Of a DNA stretch of 64,000 bases, positions 60,756-64,000 are shown piece after piece. Origin of the DNA: an uncultured Chitinophagaceae bacterium (GTDB lineage Bacteria > Bacteroidota > Ignavibacteria > UBA10030 > UBA8401). The notes under the pieces are model-generated. The model was not told the DNA's origin. It saw nothing but the letters and a program-made list of their open reading frames with translations, and did no database searches. The stretch spans positions 28,989 to 92,988 of the forward strand of contig CAZQSI010000001.1 in the NCBI GenBank assembly GCA_964596155.1. The letters are read 5' to 3'. Each line of letters begins with the position of its first letter. The first letter of the stretch is position 1. The translations under genes and the position numbers were made by a program.

Positions 60756-61721
60756 ATGAAAATACCGTTCTCAGTACTATCGGAGCCGCCGAATCCCTCC
60801 TCAAGGAACTTCGGCGACACCGTTTTTAAATATCTCACCGCTTTTTTTGCAGCAATGGTGCTGCTGCTCATCGTTCTGATGGCGTATGAAATGTATGTCA
60901 CCTCCTCCCCGACTATCGATAAATTCGGCTGGGGATTCCTGACAAGCACCGAGTGGGATCCGGTGATGGATGAGTACGGCGCGCTGCCGTTCATCTACGG
61001 AACCATCGTCTCGTCGCTGCTCGCACTGCTGATCGCGTTGCCGGTCGGTCTGGGCATCGCAATTTTTTTAACCGAACTGGCGCCGCGCTGGATCGAACGT
61101 CCGTTATCATTCATGATCGAACTTCTGGCGGGAATTCCGAGTATCGTGTACGGACTCTGGGGATTTTTCGTCATGGTGCCGTGGATTCGCACGGACCTTG
61201 AACCGTTTTTAAGCGACCATCTCGGATTTATTCCCTTGTTTGAAGGAGCGCCGTACGGCGTCGGCATGCTCGCAGCCGGGCTGATACTTTCGATTATGAT
61301 TCTGCCGATTATTTCGTCACTGTCGCGTGATATTCTCAACGCGGTGCCGGCATCTCAGAAGGAAGCAGCACTGGCGCTCGGTTCCACCCGCTGGGAGGCG
61401 ACGCGGATTGCACTCAGTTACTCCCGCTCGGGCATCATCGGTGCGACGATTCTCGGTCTCGGCCGGGCGTTCGGGGAGACGATGGCGGTGACAATGGTGA
61501 TCGGCAACAGACCGGAAATCCGAACCTCGCTGTTCGAGCCGGCCTACACTATGGCTAGCGTTCTTGCCAACGAGTTTACCGAAGCAACTACGGAGATGTA
61601 CATCAGCGCGCTGATCGAAATTTCTCTCGTGCTGTTCATCGTCGCGCTGTTGGTGAATGCGGTGGCCCGGCTGCTCGTCTGGAGCTTTACGCGTTCGTCG
61701 GATGCGGGAGGGAGAGTGTAG
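60756..61721 (+). CDS. pstC: Phosphate ABC transporter permease PstC
   Basis: 321 aa. Six TM segments. EAALALGSTRWE permease signature. Confidence 0.9.
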   Translation: MKIPFSVLSEPPNPSSRNFGDTVFKYLTAFFAAMVLLLIVLMAYEMYVTSSPTIDKFGWGFLTSTEWDPVMDEYGALPFIYGTIVSSLLALLIALPVGLGIAIFLTELAPRWIERPLSFMIELLAGIPSIVYGLWGFFVMVPWIRTDLEPFLSDHLGFIPLFEGAPYGVGMLAAGLILSIMILPIISSLSRDILNAVPASQKEAALALGSTRWEATRIALSYSRSGIIGATILGLGRAFGETMAVTMVIGNRPEIRTSLFEPAYTMASVLANEFTEATTEMYISALIEISLVLFIVALLVNAVARLLVWSFTRSSDAGGRV

Positions 61722-62564
61722 ATGGCGAATCCGATGATCTTCCGTTACAGAAAATTGAAAAACGCCGTAATGTACGGTTTGTGCATTGCAAGCGTCGCTC
61801 TTGCGCTTGTTCCGCTGATACTTATCTTCTATCACACATTATCGCTCGGCCTCGAAGCATTGTCGCTTGATTTCTTCACGGAACTTCCGAAGCCGGTGGG
61901 TGAACCGGGGGGCGGTCTTGCCAACGCTATCGTCGGTACGCTGATACTCGTCGGACTGGGAAGCTGCTTCGGACTGCCGATCGGTATTTTGACGGGAGTC
62001 TATCTTTCCGAATTCGGAAATAATTCGTTCGGCCGAATTGTCCGCTTTATGACCGATGTGCTGAACGGCGTTCCGTCGATCGTCACCGGGGTCGTTGCTT
62101 ATACGATCGTTGTGCTGCCGATGAAACAATTTTCCGCATATGCGGGAGGATTTGCACTCGGTATTTTGATGATTCCAATCGTCACCAGAACAACGGAGGA
62201 AATGCTCAGAACCGTTCCCCATTCATTCCGGGAAGCGGCATTGGCGCTCGGCATTCCGCGGTGGAAAACAACACTGCGCATTGTGATTCCGACCGCGCTC
62301 GGAGGAATCGTCACCGGCGTCATGCTTGCCGTTGCGCGCGCGGCAGGAGAAACGGCGCCGCTGCTGTTTACGGCGCTGAACAACAGATTCTGGCACACAA
62401 CACTCGATCAGCCGATTGCATCGCTGACAGTGTTTATCTATAATTACGGAGTTTCTCCGTTTGAGGACTGGATCGCTCAGGCATGGGCCGGTGCGCTTGT
62501 GCTGATGATGCTGATTGTCGTACTCAGTGCGGCAGTACGCATTGCAACAAGAAAAAAATATTAA
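61722..62564 (+). CDS. pstA: Phosphate ABC transporter permease PstA
   Basis: 280 aa. EAALALGIPRWKT signature. Starts immediately after the pstC stop. Confidence 0.9.
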   Translation: MANPMIFRYRKLKNAVMYGLCIASVALALVPLILIFYHTLSLGLEALSLDFFTELPKPVGEPGGGLANAIVGTLILVGLGSCFGLPIGILTGVYLSEFGNNSFGRIVRFMTDVLNGVPSIVTGVVAYTIVVLPMKQFSAYAGGFALGILMIPIVTRTTEEMLRTVPHSFREAALALGIPRWKTTLRIVIPTALGGIVTGVMLAVARAAGETAPLLFTALNNRFWHTTLDQPIASLTVFIYNYGVSPFEDWIAQAWAGALVLMMLIVVLSAAVRIATRKKY

Positions 62565-62618
62565 TTGCATCCGTCGTGCGAATCCCGAAGGAACAAGAAC
62601 ATTGATCCGCAAAAAAAT

Positions 62619-63452
62619 ATGACTATGGAAAAAACAACAACACAACCGAATCATTCAACCGGATCATTCAGCATTCCGACCTCCACTGCTTCCTCCGCCA
62701 AAAAGGCGAAAATCACTGCGGAAGGATTGAACTGTTATTTCGGAAAAGTCCATGCGATCAGGAACATCTCATTGACAATACCGGAACATTCCGTGGTGGC
62801 CATCATCGGTCCCTCCGGATGCGGAAAATCGACATTCCTTCGCTCCATCAACCGGATGCATGAGCTGGTGCCGCAAAGCAAAATTACCGGAACACTCAAA
62901 CTCGATGAGAGCAATATTTATGCGATGGATGCGGTGGTGGTGCGCAAGCGTATCGGTATGGTCTTCCAGAAACCAAATCCGTTTCCGACCATGTCGATTT
63001 TCGACAACGTTGCGGCAGGTCTCCGGATGAACGGCATGGGGGATAAGAAATCGATCCCCGACATCGTGGAGAAAAGTCTCCGTCAGGCCGCGCTGTGGGA
63101 TGAAGTGAAGGATTCCCTTTCCAAAAGCGGTGTCAGTCTTTCCGGCGGTCAGCAGCAGCGTCTCTGTATTGCACGGACACTTGCTGTTTCTCCCGAAGTG
63201 ATTTTGATGGACGAACCGGCAAGCGCGCTTGATCCCCTTTCCACGGCAAAAATCGAGGAGTTGATTTACGAATTGAAAAAAGAGTACACTATTGCGATCG
63301 TCACGCATAACATGCAGCAGGCGGCGCGGGTGAGCGATTACACGGCGTTCTTTTATCTCGGCGAATTGATTGAATTCGACGTCACGAAGAAAATCTTCAC
63401 CGTGCCGGGAAAAAAACAGACGGAAGATTATATTACCGGACGATTCGGATAA
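62619..63452 (+). CDS. pstB: Phosphate ABC transporter ATP-binding protein. Start at MTMEKTT.
   Basis: Walker [26 protein letters not shown]. Walker B ILMDEP. Confidence 0.9.
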   Translation: MTMEKTTTQPNHSTGSFSIPTSTASSAKKAKITAEGLNCYFGKVHAIRNISLTIPEHSVVAIIGPSGCGKSTFLRSINRMHELVPQSKITGTLKLDESNIYAMDAVVVRKRIGMVFQKPNPFPTMSIFDNVAAGLRMNGMGDKKSIPDIVEKSLRQAALWDEVKDSLSKSGVSLSGGQQQRLCIARTLAVSPEVILMDEPASALDPLSTAKIEELIYELKKEYTIAIVTHNMQQAARVSDYTAFFYLGELIEFDVTKKIFTVPGKKQTEDYITGRFG

Positions 63453-63519
63453 GAGCCGGAGAGTTCAGCACCGCGACCGACGGAATGGCGGCAGTTAAAA
63501 AATTATAAAGGAAAAATTT

Positions 63520-64000
63520 ATGCAGCGACATTTTCAAAACGACCTGGAACAGTTGAAAGCGAACATCATCAAGATGGGCAGCGCGGTGGAACAAAATCTT
63601 ACCGATGCCCTGGAGGCTGTTCTGAATGACGATCAGGAGCTTGCATCAAAAGTGATTGCATCGGACGGCATCATCAATAAGTTCGAGATCGAGATCGACA
63701 ACGGCGTGGTGGACCTGCTCGCCCTGCAGCAGCCGGTGGCAAGCGATCTCCGTCTGATTCTTGCCATTCAGAAGATCAATAACGATCTGGAGCGGATCGG
63801 CGACCATTGCGTGAATATCGCCGAATCGGCATTCCGGCTTACCGAAACGCCGCATAATGAACCGCTGATGGAAATCCCGAACATGGCAAAGATCGCCCGC
63901 GAAATGTTCCAACTGGCGCTCGACAGTTTTATCCATCTTAATCCGCAGCTGGCGCAGACGGTGCTGGAAAGCGATGACAGGATCGACATGCTGAACCGCG
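63520..64000 (+). CDS. phoU: Phosphate-transport system regulatory protein PhoU. C-terminus truncated by the window end.
   Basis: MQRHFQNDLEQLKANIIKMGSAVEQNLTDALEAVLNDDQELASKVIASDGIINKFEIEID... (manual translation from ATG 63520). Confidence 0.85.
   Translation, partial: MQRHFQNDLEQLKANIIKMGSAVEQNLTDALEAVLNDDQELASKVIASDGIINKFEIEIDNGVVDLLALQQPVASDLRLILAIQKINNDLERIGDHCVNIAESAFRLTETPHNEPLMEIPNMAKIAREMFQLALDSFIHLNPQLAQTVLESDDRIDMLNR

Noticed and set aside
1-64000. Looked for CRISPR arrays, IS elements, integrases, phage genes, toxin-antitoxin pairs and defence-system domains
   Set aside because: No direct-repeat arrays, transposase or recombinase folds, or nuclease/ATPase defence signatures were seen. 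The beta-CASP MBL protein and the NUDIX hydrolase look like stand-alone housekeeping enzymes.

Overview
This 64 kb chromosomal segment appears to come from an FCB-group bacterium (Bacteroidota/Ignavibacteriota/Chlorobi-like). Two proteins carry type IX secretion C-terminal sorting domains, ribosome-binding sites are weak or absent, and GC content is about 50%. I found no tRNA, rRNA, CRISPR array, transposase or integrase. The window contains, in order:

- 1..5039 (minus strand): murQ (cut by the window edge), rsmG, mnmG and mnmE.
- 5408..26994 (plus strand): a 21.6 kb co-directional amino-acid biosynthesis supercluster, ilvB-ilvN-gltB-gltD-ilvC-cimA-aroF(DAHP synthase)-leuA-leuC-leuD-proC-leuB-lysC-rof-thrC-thrB. 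Glutamate synthase is inserted between ilvN and ilvC. Both citramalate synthase and isopropylmalate synthase are present, which implies isoleucine is made by the citramalate route.
- 27019..34227 (minus strand): a housekeeping block with secreted rhodanese, a Tat-exported hypothetical protein, dnaB, family-4 uracil-DNA glycosylase, coaBC, rpoZ, gmk and yicC.
- 34638..38070: two T9SS/outer-membrane proteins and a beta-CASP metallo-beta-lactamase-fold hydrolase.
- 38077..45308: a small accessory block with an SDR-DUF2867 fusion, DUF1801, a dihydrofolate-reductase-like protein, DUF2892, a TonB-dependent receptor and a 7-TM AraC regulator.
- 45490..63452: bipA, a lipoprotein amidase, an arsR-arsM-arsC-acr3 arsenic operon, a run of translationally coupled miscellaneous enzymes, and a T9SS M14 carboxypeptidase, followed by dCMP deaminase and a porin-pstSCAB-phoU phosphate locus.

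The most interesting things I read directly from the sequence:

1. An unannotated 49-codon ORF rich in Ile/Leu/Val (5129..5278) lies in the ilvB leader. Mutually exclusive RNA pairings follow it, which looks like ribosome-mediated attenuation.
2. A Rof-like (Rho antiterminator) small ORF is translationally coupled to lysC.
3. A perfect 20-bp palindrome sits at the arsR promoter.
4. A perfect 10-bp inverted repeat lies upstream of the TonB receptor.
5. A roughly 300-nt structured stretch with no ORF lies between the TonB receptor stop and a strong terminator.
6. Direct repeats resembling a Pho box lie upstream of the porin-pst operon.

All calls rest on reading the translated ORFs and the DNA by eye. 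No database search was run.
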